NCBI GenBank assembly: GCA_040220235.1
Contig: JAVJTO010000108.1
Strand: one strand, 5' to 3'
Length of the DNA stretch: 64,000 nt
Origin: Coleofasciculus sp. B1-GNL1-01
Lineage (GTDB): Bacteria; Cyanobacteriota; Cyanobacteriia; Cyanobacteriales; Coleofasciculaceae
Part shown: positions 1-9,322 of the stretch, piece after piece
How the letters are laid out: every line of letters begins with the position of its first letter
Numbering within the stretch: position 1 is the first letter of the stretch
Notes under the pieces: generated by a model
Seen by the model: the letters and a program-made list of their open reading frames with translations, nothing else
Told to the model about the DNA's origin: nothing
The model's database searches: none
Program-made: the position numbers and the translations under genes

Positions 1-568
1 TCAGTGGTACAAACGCCCAGATTGGTTTGGGGTGGTGGGAATACCTCGGTTGTATGAAGGGCGGGATTTACGCTTAAGTTATGTAGCTTGGCAAGAAGTC
101 ATCAGTCCTTATGTAGTGGTGGAATTATTGTCTCCCGGTACACAAGAGGAAGATTTGGGGCGAACAGTACAAACCCCTGGAAATCCACCGACAAAGTGGC
201 AGGTTTATGAACAGATTTTGCGGATTCCGTACTCGATTATTTTTAGTCGCTATACCAATGAACTTCAGGCGTTTCAGTTAGTCGGGGGTCATTATGAACC
301 AGTAAGTCGGGTTGATAATCGTGTAGTGATGCCGGAGTTAGGGTTAAGTTTAGGGTTATGGCAGGGAAGTTTTCGGGGAATTAACCGTTTGTGGTTGCGG
401 TGGATGACACTTGAGGGAGAGTTGATCTTAACGCCGGAAGAAGAGGCTATCCAGGCGCAAGAACGGGCTGTAGAGGCACAAGAACAGGCAATAGCAGAAC
501 GGGAAAGGGCAGAACGATTAGCAGCACGATTGCGGGAGTTAGGGATTGAACCCGATGATGTGGAATAA
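1..568 (+). CDS. Uma2 (DUF820) family endonuclease-like protein, 5' end outside window
   Basis: Frame is open from the window edge (QWYKRPDWFGVVG); motifs PDWF and VVELLSPGT..ED; coiled-coil tail ERAERLAARLRELGIEPD. Confidence 0.85.
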   Translation, partial: QWYKRPDWFGVVGIPRLYEGRDLRLSYVAWQEVISPYVVVELLSPGTQEEDLGRTVQTPGNPPTKWQVYEQILRIPYSIIFSRYTNELQAFQLVGGHYEPVSRVDNRVVMPELGLSLGLWQGSFRGINRLWLRWMTLEGELILTPEEEAIQAQERAVEAQEQAIAERERAERLAARLRELGIEPDDVE

Positions 569-625
569 GTGCGAAATGACGAAAGATGATCTCAACCGCT
601 AACTTTAATGAAAGTCTGACTACTT

Positions 626-1396
626 ATGGTTAATCTTCCAACTCAAACTGACCCGCCCCTTACACCTCGGCAAACCTTACACACGATGTATGATTTACCG
701 AGTGACAACCCGTAGGAACCTGGATAGCCAGACGAGTTTCATTTTTTACAACCCTTGTTGTTATTTCTCACCTTTCAACCCCCTAACTGGAATCCGGAGT
801 TGGTGTTTTCGGCTTGCGATTTGAATCTTTACTATGATGTAAACCATAGTCAGTGGTACAAACGCCCAGATTGGTTTGGGGTGGTGGGAACACCTCGGTT
901 GTATGAAGGGCGGGATTTACGCTTAAGTTATGTGGTGTGGCAAGAAGTAATCAATCCTTATGTAGTGGTGGAATTATTGTCTCCCGGTACACAAGAAGAA
1001 GATTTGGGTCGAACATTGCAAACACCAGGAAATCCGCCGACAAAGTGGCAGGTTTATGAACAGATTTTGCGGATTCCGTACTCAATTATTTTTAGTCGCT
1101 ATACCAATGAACTTCAGGCGTTTCAGTTAGTCGGGGGTCATTACGAACCAGTAAGTTTGGTTGATAATCGCTTATTGATGCCGGAGTTAGCGTTAAGTTT
1201 AGGACTATGGCAGGGAAGTTTTCGAGGAATTAACCGTTTGTGGTTACGGTGGATGACGGTTGAGGGAGAGTTGATTTTAACGCCGGAAGAAGAGGCTATC
1301 CAGGCGCAGGAAAGGGCAGTTGCGGAACGGGAAAGGGCAGAACGATTAGCAACACGATTGCGGGAGTTGGGGGTTGAACCTGATGATGTGGAGTAA
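626..1396 (+). pseudogene. Uma2 family paralog with two in-frame TAG stops
   Basis: ATG 626 reads MVNLPTQTDPP..MYDLPSDNP*EPG*PDEFH with TAG at 713-715 and 725-727, in frame with ORF 755-1396; near-identical to the upstream copy. Confidence 0.8.
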
Positions 1397-1398
1397 GT

Positions 1399-1406
1399 GC
1401 GATCGC
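1399..1406. repeat. HIP1 octamer GCGATCGC (example; many copies throughout the window)
   Basis: Recurs frequently in coding and non-coding DNA, a cyanobacterial hallmark. Confidence 0.9.
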
Positions 1407-1438
1407 GGTTTTCAGTTCAGTACGTCTCCATCTGTGGT

Positions 1439-1535
1439 AAGGGAGCTGCGTAAAAATAAAGTACCAGTGAGGAAAGCTGTGTTCATCAACTCAGCCAAGC
1501 TTGATTGGTATATTATTAAGCCGCAAGTCCCCTAC
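1439..1535. mobile_element. MITE-like element with imperfect terminal inverted repeats
   Basis: AGGGAGCTGCGTAAAAATAAAGTACCA ... TGGTATATTATTAAGCCGCAAGTCCCCT; sits at the truncation point of the EF-hand gene. Confidence 0.55.
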
Positions 1536-1727
1536 GTCTACATCTTGCATCATGTCATGCAATTGAGCGTCTGTGGGATTTTGACCCAGCGATCGCATAA
1601 CGGCACCTAACTCGTCAGCGGAAATTTCACCACTACCATCTTCATCGAAAACTCTGAAGGCTTGCCAAAGTCGTTCGATTTCAGCGTCGTTCATTGTCTT
1701 TGCGTTTTGTTGATTCATTTTCGCCAA
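1491..1727 (-). pseudogene. Truncated calmodulin-like EF-hand protein
   Basis: [30 protein letters not shown] is a canonical EF loop plus calmodulin-like linker; the second EF loop breaks off after DVDV at the MITE. Confidence 0.75.
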
Positions 1728-1889
1728 TTTTAAAGCACGTTCCTAAACTTCATTCCCGTTTATTTTCTAAAAAAAACAATAAAATGTGCCATCTGTCAAG
1801 TTCATTCAGAAAAGTTTGCGGCGTTGTCTGAATTTAGGGACGAAAACAAATGATGCTAATCGGAAGAACCTGTTTCGGCTGCTTTCATT

Positions 1890-3134
1890 TCAAATGAATT
1901 GATTAACTAATTCTGCCAGATCCTGAAGTTCTTTGTCTGAAAAAGATGCAGCTACTGGCAGATAAAGAACTTGATCAATCAAGCGTTTTCCCTGTAGGGG
2001 ATATACAGCAGGGAGTTGGTTTTTATCATAAGAACGATCGATACAGGTTAAACTTGTTGTCCCGCGAGTTGTATCAAATCCATTCACTCTCAGTTGTGTC
2101 ATGAGCAATTCTGGATTCGGGACAAGGATCGGAAAAACCCAGAATGAATGGTACTCTGCTTGACGACCGGGACAAATAATTTCAGATGGAAGTAGAGAGA
2201 GAAATCGCTGTCCATTGAACCGCCTTTGTTCAAAGTGATGGTGATTACAGATTCTTAATCGTCGGTTTAACAGAGAGAGCATTTGACGTGGAGGTCGATA
2301 TCTGATGTTTGTCAAAATATCTCCCTGCGAAAATCCTCGTGTTAATGAATTAATAACTCGATCAACGTCTTGATTCAGTAATTTGAGACAAGCGATGAGA
2401 GTGCCATAAATTAAAGGAATTGAGAAAAATTTCAAGCCTAAATACTTGAGCAGTCGTTTGAAAAACCAAGTCTCACTCCTTACCGGATACTGTTGCTCGA
2501 TAGATTTTATTTGCCTAGCTAGTTGTTTATCCCCAACCAGAGCCACGGCTCCCCCAAGAGCTGTACAAGACTTAATCGAACCAAAACTGAAAAAACTGAT
2601 ATCGGCATCTGGATAGCCATAATACTTAGACCCGGCAAATGCTTGAGCGCAATCTTCTATCAGAAGAATATTATGTTTTCTACAGAGTTTAGCATAGGGG
2701 GCTAAATTCGTAATCGCTCCAAATAAATGGGCAATAATGAACAATCGACTCCGTTCAGAAATCTGATCCTCTAGTAATTCTAGAGAAGGTGCCAGTGTAT
2801 CTAAGGAAATATCAACGGGAACGGGGATAAGTCCATGTCGTTTCACAATTTCAACCATATCCCGGATATTAACGGCACTCATTAAGACTTCTGAACCTGC
2901 CGGAAGATTTAATGATTGCAACAGCAAATCCAGGGAGGTTCTCACTGAGAGAGTAACGATTACCTCTTTTTTACTTTGCCAAAATGACTGAATTTCATGG
3001 GTTTGTTTTTCTCGATCAGGAATGGTTAAAAAGGATAATAAATTTAGGATGATATCGCTGAAGCGAATATCCAGATTGAGGCGGGGATAAACCTTTAACA
3101 TAATCAAGATTTTTGAGAAAGCGTTTGTAGTCAC
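1890..3134 (-). CDS. DegT/DnrJ/EryC1/StrS family PLP-dependent aminotransferase
   Basis: AHLFG, IEDCAQA, FSFGSIK (PLP lysine) followed by GG. Confidence 0.85.
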   Translation of the reverse strand: MTTNAFSKILIMLKVYPRLNLDIRFSDIILNLLSFLTIPDREKQTHEIQSFWQSKKEVIVTLSVRTSLDLLLQSLNLPAGSEVLMSAVNIRDMVEIVKRHGLIPVPVDISLDTLAPSLELLEDQISERSRLFIIAHLFGAITNLAPYAKLCRKHNILLIEDCAQAFAGSKYYGYPDADISFFSFGSIKSCTALGGAVALVGDKQLARQIKSIEQQYPVRSETWFFKRLLKYLGLKFFSIPLIYGTLIACLKLLNQDVDRVINSLTRGFSQGDILTNIRYRPPRQMLSLLNRRLRICNHHHFEQRRFNGQRFLSLLPSEIICPGRQAEYHSFWVFPILVPNPELLMTQLRVNGFDTTRGTTSLTCIDRSYDKNQLPAVYPLQGKRLIDQVLYLPVAASFSDKELQDLAELVNQFI

Positions 3135-3187
3135 GGCTCAACGCTGATGGCGCTGAAGCGCAACTACAAACTATTTTTGAAGACGTG

Positions 3188-4651
3188 TTAGTTTAGGCTA
3201 GCAAATAACTGCTCCCAATTGAGAGAATCTGTTTCTGTTTCTTTCACTTCAAAGGTGATATTACAAGCTTGGGATTGTTCTATCGCCTGAAGGCACAGTT
3301 CAGCAATATCTTCGCGACTGACTTTGCCTCGAATATTATCGCCTTGCTCAAAGGCTAAACCTTTACCACCGGGTTCTTCAGTTAAAGCGCAAGGACGGAT
3401 AATTGTATAAGGAATACCACTTTCCCGCACGGCGTCCTCTCCCCGCAGCTTCCAGGTGAGAATTCCGCCTAATTGGTCATTCATTCGCACGGCTGGTGGT
3501 TCTTCTTCTAAGTTAATTCCGGGACGCCCTGGACGGGTAACGCCAGCAGAACTAATCATAATAAATTGGGGTAAAGTCGAACCATTGTAAGCTTTGATTG
3601 TTTCTACTTGTAAGGAGAATGTTCCGGGTTCAAAGTGGGGATTCAATGCGCCATCATACTCAAACTTACTCAGCATCAATTGCACGGCGTAAATATGACT
3701 CGGATCAAAGGGTTCCGCATCCTGGAGAGTTTTGGCACGAAAGACAGGGATTAGTGCCTCAAAGGGAACCTGAACATCAATCCAGGTATCTTTTTCAGTA
3801 TCAAATGAGTAGCAATAGGAAATGCCATCCCACCTTGATTCTGTTCTCAGAATAAACTTATACCGTTGTCCATCGCCTTTAACGCGAAGTTCCATCCCCT
3901 CATATCCGGCTAAATTTAAAGGTGGCTCGAAATTACGGGTACGAACAGAAACAAAACCACCCGAATTTTTTGTCGATACTGTGCCACTGAATAATGCCGC
4001 ATTATCAATTAGACGAATTGAGCTTTCACTCACACCACCCATCACGACATCATCCACAGCCCCCCAGGTTTCTTTTACGTCATCTGAGGGATTTTTGAAA
4101 TCAAAAATGAGTTGTTTTCCGGGTTCGAGATGATGTGCCGCAACTTGAACTAAATTTTTAATCCCTTGATAGTCTACAATTTCGGGACTATCAACCACTT
4201 CTGGCATATAAAATTTAATGCCTTGATAATATTTTTCCCGGTTTGGCGTATCTCCTTCCACAGGTTGCACCCGAACACCCGTGCAGCAAATAACGGCGGA
4301 GATACCCTCCATCATGGCAGGAGTTAAGGTTTCTGGGATCGTGATATCGGCTTCAAATAGTTCCACCTTATCTCCCAGCATTTCCCGCCCTCGCTGACTA
4401 TCTCTGACTAAAGCGCGTACCGGATAATTCCGTTCCATTAGACGCCGCACGACTCGCTTCCCGACGCCACCCGTTGCACCTGCTACCAGTATCTTACCCA
4501 ATCGTTTTCCTCCACTTTGGCTTGGTTTATGATGTTGTGTATTACCTGAAAATAAGCGTTTTAAACAGCTAATAAAAGGGATTACCTCAAAGTAAGCTAA
4601 TGTTTTGACAAATCGACCAGCATCCCATTGGGAGCGATTATTCTGGGTCAT
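3188..4651 (-). CDS. NAD(P)-binding SDR-like protein with inserted CIA30 domain
   Basis: GATGGVG Rossmann motif; WGAVDDVVMGGVS and GGFVSVR CIA30 motifs; YTIIRP and VSREDIA. Confidence 0.9.
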   Translation of the reverse strand: MTQNNRSQWDAGRFVKTLAYFEVIPFISCLKRLFSGNTQHHKPSQSGGKRLGKILVAGATGGVGKRVVRRLMERNYPVRALVRDSQRGREMLGDKVELFEADITIPETLTPAMMEGISAVICCTGVRVQPVEGDTPNREKYYQGIKFYMPEVVDSPEIVDYQGIKNLVQVAAHHLEPGKQLIFDFKNPSDDVKETWGAVDDVVMGGVSESSIRLIDNAALFSGTVSTKNSGGFVSVRTRNFEPPLNLAGYEGMELRVKGDGQRYKFILRTESRWDGISYCYSFDTEKDTWIDVQVPFEALIPVFRAKTLQDAEPFDPSHIYAVQLMLSKFEYDGALNPHFEPGTFSLQVETIKAYNGSTLPQFIMISSAGVTRPGRPGINLEEEPPAVRMNDQLGGILTWKLRGEDAVRESGIPYTIIRPCALTEEPGGKGLAFEQGDNIRGKVSREDIAELCLQAIEQSQACNITFEVKETETDSLNWEQLFASLN

Positions 4652-5033
4652 TATCCCCTCCTATACTATTTATTTTTTTCAGTGTACCGAATTTGGCAAG
4701 GGGGATGAATCCGCTGTAGCGATCGCAAATCGTCTTGTGATTTAATTGAATCGGAAGTTGTTTCTGGATCAGCACTTGCTCTGTCAAACGGTGACTAAAT
4801 ACCCGATCCGTGCGTCTAATTGACGCCGCATGAGGACTTCCTTGGGGACTAATTTTTTTAATAATCTGTCCTGCAATTAATTCAACCGATTCATCGGGCT
4901 GCAAAATGCCCACTTCAGCCATTCGATGGTACTCTTCAATAGTCCACAAGCGCAGTTTGACGGGGGGGTGAGTTTTTGGCATAACTTTTCTTGCTAAGAT
5001 TGACCCATGGTTATCAATAATTTGAGGATTCAT
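4638..5033 (-). pseudogene. Truncated Uma2 family protein
   Basis: WTIEEYHRMAEVGIL..VELIAGQI..SPQGSPH N-terminus; homology is lost after QLPIQL and the catalytic PD..E region is missing. Confidence 0.75.
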
Positions 5034-5250
5034 CGTTTATTGTACTCACTTCTCTCCCAGACAGCCATGTCGTTTACTGTGCCTTGATGGATACTTGGTC
5101 TTGAGCTTCTCGAAATACTCATCGGTCACGGTTTCAGTTCTAGAGTTGACAATCACGGATTTTCCGGTAGTTTAGTATAAAATGCTCGAATCGGGACTTG
5201 TGCGCCCTAAGCTGCATCCAGAATAATGTTTAAGCTGAATAGGTTTAGCT

Positions 5251-5514
5251 GTGAGTTCTAAGAATTTACCGGAAACCACTGCCTACGTTCGGATTACCCA
5301 GCACTCTTGGCAACGGGGCAAAATCGAGGGAGAAGTTCAAGCGGCTGCTTATGAGTGGCAGTTTCAATGGCGTTTCCGTCAAGGTCAGTTAGTCGTCAGA
5401 CCTGCTTTGGGACGTGCTTTAATTCAAGAACCACTGGGTCGATTTTTAGAACGTTGCGATTACCAGTTGGAACCAGGAGGAGATTATGCGTTTACTATTC
5501 GGGCGGAATTATAA
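5251..5514 (+). CDS. Conserved cyanobacterial small protein (DUF3146-like)
   Basis: LPETTAYVRIT..W, PALGRALI.EPL.RFLE..DYQLEPGGDY.F. Confidence 0.75.
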   Translation: MSSKNLPETTAYVRITQHSWQRGKIEGEVQAAAYEWQFQWRFRQGQLVVRPALGRALIQEPLGRFLERCDYQLEPGGDYAFTIRAEL

Positions 5515-5559
5515 GAGTGTTGAGGGTTAACCCTTCACAGCTTTCGAGGAAACATGGTT

Positions 5560-5630
5560 TGTAGGGGCGGGTTTAGGGACTTTGGTATCGCTATTGATGA
5601 TAACGTTTGTTCAAAACCTGCCCTGACTAA
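5560..5630. repeat. GTAG-type REP-like element (GGGCGGGTTT...AAACCCGCCC family)
   Basis: Inverted ends; relatives at about 17935-17992, 24829-25004, 30883-30950, 56361-56424 and 59312-59424. Confidence 0.7.
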
Positions 5631-5633
5631 TTT

Positions 5634-6032
5634 TTAGGTCTGAGTTTGTAAGTAGCGCTCAATCAACAAGATAGCGACAATATCATCAATCGGTCGAGGC
5701 GGTTGGCGCATCCCTTGGGGAATTAGGCGTTGGAGTCCTTTGGGGGGATACATTTGCCAGTAGCGATCGCGGGCTTCTAATGTACTATAGCGTTCATCGA
5801 CTAAGACAATGGGAATAGGAGCGGAAATGACTTCACGAATTTTCCCTTGCCATTGCTTAGAGGTGGTTTGGTTCCCCATGACAATTGTCTCGATGGGAAA
5901 CTGCTGAGATAGTTGTTTAATGGTTGCGATCGCCTGATCTGATGGTATCACTTGATGATAGGAAATCTTTTGGTCTTTCCCTTTTACGGCTAAACCACAT
6001 TTATCTCGTCCTGGGTCAAACCCTAATATCAT
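5634..6032 (-). CDS. yqgF: YqgF/RuvX family pre-16S rRNA nuclease
   Basis: ILGFDPG, VDERYST, DDIVAILL. Confidence 0.85.
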   Translation of the reverse strand: MILGFDPGRDKCGLAVKGKDQKISYHQVIPSDQAIATIKQLSQQFPIETIVMGNQTTSKQWQGKIREVISAPIPIVLVDERYSTLEARDRYWQMYPPKGLQRLIPQGMRQPPRPIDDIVAILLIERYLQTQT

Positions 6033-6078
6033 AAGTAGGTGGGTACAATTAAAGTTAACGGTAATGACAAATGATAAA

Positions 6079-8064
6079 TCACATCAAATTTCGATATTTT
6101 TCCAATAATTCTGGCAGATAATCATATCCATCTACCCCAATTAAGGGAATGATTTTTGACCGCTGCTGCTGCAATAAATCTTGAAATGCTTCTCCTCCCA
6201 ATTGCCCCTGCAAAATCGTCAATAATCCTACAGCTTTGCGCCAGTCTTCTGTACCAATCTGCTCTAACAAATATCCGCCCAAGCTACCTGTGTAAATCGT
6301 TTTACTCCAGTTTTGTAACTGATAATAGGCTTGGGCTAGATAGGCTAAATTGAGTCCCTGCAAATATAAATCCCCAGAAAATTGTGCGGCTTGCCACCCT
6401 TGTTCTAAATAGGTAATCGCTTCTTGCGGTTTTTGCATGACCACATAAGCAATGCCTAAACTACATAAACACAGGGCTTGACTTTGGCGATCGCCTAATT
6501 TTTCTAATAATTGCCGCCCTTGTTGCAGGTACATGATCGCGCTTTCGTAGATATCAGGATCAAGGGCTTGCTGTTGGGCTTGAAAGACCTCACTATAGCC
6601 TAAATTCGCTAAGGCGTTGGCTTCGCCTAATTTATCCCCGGCTTGCCGTGCTAAAATTAATGCCCGTTGGCTGTAATTAATTGCCTCGGCATAATTTTTC
6701 TGTGCCACACAAATACGGCTTAAATGATTATAGTTAGCAATTTCACAGACGCGATCGCTCGCTGAACGGGCAATCTCTAAAGCTTGCTCATGGAATTGTA
6801 TGGCTCGATTATATCGACCTTGCGCCCGTTGGGAATAGCCTAATAAGGTGAGAATTCGCGCTTTCTCTTCGGTTCCCTCGACGCGCCGTAAGGGTTCATC
6901 CAGGTAATCCATCGCATTCCGCAGATAATTTCCACTTAAGGAGGCAAAAACACCGCCATACAGGGGAAAATACTCCCGTTGGGCAAACGTGCGGAGAATT
7001 TGCAACGTCGCCTGAAAACAACTATCCACTAAACGTTCTCGTTGGGGAACCGTTGCTTGATTTAATGCCAGGGCAATTTGTGACCAGATTACTGCAAATA
7101 CGATAAAGGTGGAAATCGAAAGTCTCGCCCCCATTTTGGAGTTATAGACTCGTTGATCAAACCACTGAACTAACCGACGTTGTAACCATTGCAGAACCAC
7201 GGTTAATTCCACCCAAGTATCTAGTTCTAAGGTTGGTTGTTGGCGAATCCATTCATCGAGGGGTTGATTATACGCCAGCGCTTGGAACAATGACTTAGGT
7301 AGAGGACGATTCACTTTTTTTGCCCAAAGTCCCCAAGGTCCTCGTTGTTCAGCCAGTTCTTCAAATCCCAAGGAACCCTGACTTTGCTCATAAATCCAGC
7401 TTACTAAATCGTTTTCTAAATTGCCCCAAGCGGCTAACCCCCCAGTAATTCCTTGGGCTAGCTGTTCAAGTTCCCTGGCGCGATCGCTGTCGGAACTAGC
7501 GGAGGCTTCCTGCTGAAGTGTTTTGGCTAATTGAGCCAATTGAGATAGATTCAGGACAGGTTCTCGATTCGGATCGATCGCCCGTAGCCAAGCGCTCAAC
7601 CGTTCACTCTGATCAGCTTGGGTAATTCCCTGGATAGCGGTTGCGATCGCCTTAGATACTTGATTCTCCTGCTGTACTCGTTCCCATTCACTGCTAATCA
7701 TATTCAGCGCCCGTTGCGCCCGTATCGCTTTAGCTTGTTTGAGTTCACTCTCTGGATTATCGATTTGTTCCTGAGTGGTGTTGTGGCGTTCATCCAGACA
7801 GCGTTCAAAGATTTCCCCGGTTCCACTGCTGACACCTGACGCCAGCGTTTGGTAAACCTGTCGCTTGGATCGGATTTTTCCTTTCAGCGTCGCGGCGACA
7901 ATTTCATCAATCAGTTGAAAACAGCGATCGCGTAATGGTACAGAGTTTGTCATAAAAGCAAGCATAAGGCAGAGGGCTTGTATGCAGAGGGCAGAATGCC
8001 CAAGCACTTGATTTATGGTATCTGCTTTTTCGCCTATTGTTAACGGGTGGGCATTTGCAGCCAA
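6079..8064 (-). CDS. Tetratricopeptide repeat protein (true start probably ATG 7953, MTNSVPLRD)
   Basis: C-terminal TPRs such as LGYSQRAQGRYNRAIQFHEQAL and ALANLG. Confidence 0.8.
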   Translation of the reverse strand: MAANAHPLTIGEKADTINQVLGHSALCIQALCLMLAFMTNSVPLRDRCFQLIDEIVAATLKGKIRSKRQVYQTLASGVSSGTGEIFERCLDERHNTTQEQIDNPESELKQAKAIRAQRALNMISSEWERVQQENQVSKAIATAIQGITQADQSERLSAWLRAIDPNREPVLNLSQLAQLAKTLQQEASASSDSDRARELEQLAQGITGGLAAWGNLENDLVSWIYEQSQGSLGFEELAEQRGPWGLWAKKVNRPLPKSLFQALAYNQPLDEWIRQQPTLELDTWVELTVVLQWLQRRLVQWFDQRVYNSKMGARLSISTFIVFAVIWSQIALALNQATVPQRERLVDSCFQATLQILRTFAQREYFPLYGGVFASLSGNYLRNAMDYLDEPLRRVEGTEEKARILTLLGYSQRAQGRYNRAIQFHEQALEIARSASDRVCEIANYNHLSRICVAQKNYAEAINYSQRALILARQAGDKLGEANALANLGYSEVFQAQQQALDPDIYESAIMYLQQGRQLLEKLGDRQSQALCLCSLGIAYVVMQKPQEAITYLEQGWQAAQFSGDLYLQGLNLAYLAQAYYQLQNWSKTIYTGSLGGYLLEQIGTEDWRKAVGLLTILQGQLGGEAFQDLLQQQRSKIIPLIGVDGYDYLPELLEKYRNLM

Positions 8065-8174
8065 GAGTCAGCCCTGAATTCAATCCCTGAACTCAAGTTC
8101 GGGCTAAAAGCTAAAACCCGTTAAAACGGGTTAAAACCTTTTCATGTCGTACCAAAATGTAAGTCTTTAACTGA

Positions 8175-8294
8175 TAAGTAGTCTGACAAAATAAAACGGC
8201 ACTGTATTAAGTTTTTTGAATCGTCCTCAAACCCTTACTGTTCCCTGTTAAGAGTTCCCTAATCTCAACCGTTAACTTTATGTCCACCCACTTA
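8175..8294. mobile_element. MITE family A (TAAGTAG...CTTA ends)
   Basis: Shared body with copies at 27949-28070, 52597-52745 and 63321-63444; partial copies at about 6032 and 59582-59689. Confidence 0.7.
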
Positions 8295-8302
8295 TAAGGA
8301 TG

Positions 8303-9157
8303 TTAACGGGGTCCGGCTTCAATCGCAGAATTAGCAATGTTGACCATCATCGCTTCGGCTCGATTAACATCTGTACCCATCCCTTTTAAGGCAATTCGGT
8401 AATGGGTATCTCGCCACACCCATTCAATCACCGCTGGTGTACAAATACTCTGGCATCGACTTGGTGTAAAGTATCCCCAGATATCGTTGGTGAGCGGAAT
8501 TTTTTTGATGAATCCATCACCGGGAGAATAGTTGGAATTCACTGGCGTGGCGCTAAATGCACCTACAGTACAATCGGGCATTCCATTGCAGTTTTGCTTT
8601 AAACTTAAGGCAACACTATAAGTATTCGGTGACCTAAAACTATTCACATAAATCCGCTGTCTAAACTTCGGCATTTGGCTGGGTAATAAAATCAACGTGT
8701 CGGTTTGTTGCTGGAGTTGCGGTAAGACAGGGGTGAATAGATTCGCTACCGGAGGTTGTTCTGAGGGTGTATTCGGATTAGCGCGATCGCGATTAATTAA
8801 CTGTCGCGCCGTCTCACGAGGAATCCCATAGTTAGCCAGGGTGCTAGGAGTAAATGGAGTTTGAGTTGACGCGATCGCCTGCCATTGATTATTCTGATTA
8901 ATCACAACCGTCTCCCCAGCCACATTGTCCCAAAACCAGTGCGCGATCGCATAATTTTCAACAACTGTAATTTGGGTAACTTCTGGAGACAACCGAAACC
9001 CATTCCCCCTTTCCCATAAATCCAGGAGTACAACTTTCCGAATCACTCCCGTATCATCCGCTACAGCCGGAGTCGCTTCTGTCAATATTGTCAGCACCGG
9101 ATAACTAGCCAATAGAATCAGGCTGGCGATGTACCCAAATCCAAAACTAACCTTCAT
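8303..9157 (-). CDS. Hypothetical exported protein, C-terminal domain with four Cys
   Basis: Hydrophobic N-terminus; NCNGMPDC and RCQSIC pairs. Confidence 0.6.
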   Translation of the reverse strand: MKVSFGFGYIASLILLASYPVLTILTEATPAVADDTGVIRKVVLLDLWERGNGFRLSPEVTQITVVENYAIAHWFWDNVAGETVVINQNNQWQAIASTQTPFTPSTLANYGIPRETARQLINRDRANPNTPSEQPPVANLFTPVLPQLQQQTDTLILLPSQMPKFRQRIYVNSFRSPNTYSVALSLKQNCNGMPDCTVGAFSATPVNSNYSPGDGFIKKIPLTNDIWGYFTPSRCQSICTPAVIEWVWRDTHYRIALKGMGTDVNRAEAMMVNIANSAIEAGPR

Positions 9158-9178
9158 AATTCCCTGTCATAAAAAGGT

Positions 9179-9250
9179 TTGTAGTTGCGCTTGTAGTTGC
9201 GCTTGTAGTTGCGCTTGTAGTTGCGCTTGTAGTTGCGCTTGTAGTTGCGC
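9179..9250. repeat. Tandem 12-mer TTGTAGTTGCGC x6
   Basis: Read directly; the unit matches one arm of the palindromic element at about 3123-3170. Confidence 0.9.
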
Positions 9251-9322
9251 TTTAGCGCCGATCAAACTCACGCATCTACTACTATAGAACTATTCCTATC
9301 ATAACTCCCCTAGCATACAACC

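Noticed and set aside
713..727. Amber recoding or pyrrolysine readthrough
   Set aside because: TAG serves as a normal stop for other genes here (e.g. 12833, 38154) and no pyl genes are visible; pseudogenisation is simpler.
1..1396. DGR template/variable repeat pair
   Set aside because: Differences between the Uma2 copies are not adenine-restricted, and no reverse transcriptase is present in the window.
5147..5180. Sigma70-like promoter TTGACA upstream of the DUF3146-like gene (also TTGACA near 43106 and 45165)
   Set aside because: The -10 match and spacing are ambiguous and cannot be supported without TSS data.
9179..9250. Possible CRISPR arrays (also 59206-59424 and the STRR tracts)
   Set aside because: Units are directly adjacent with no unique spacers, and there are no cas genes.
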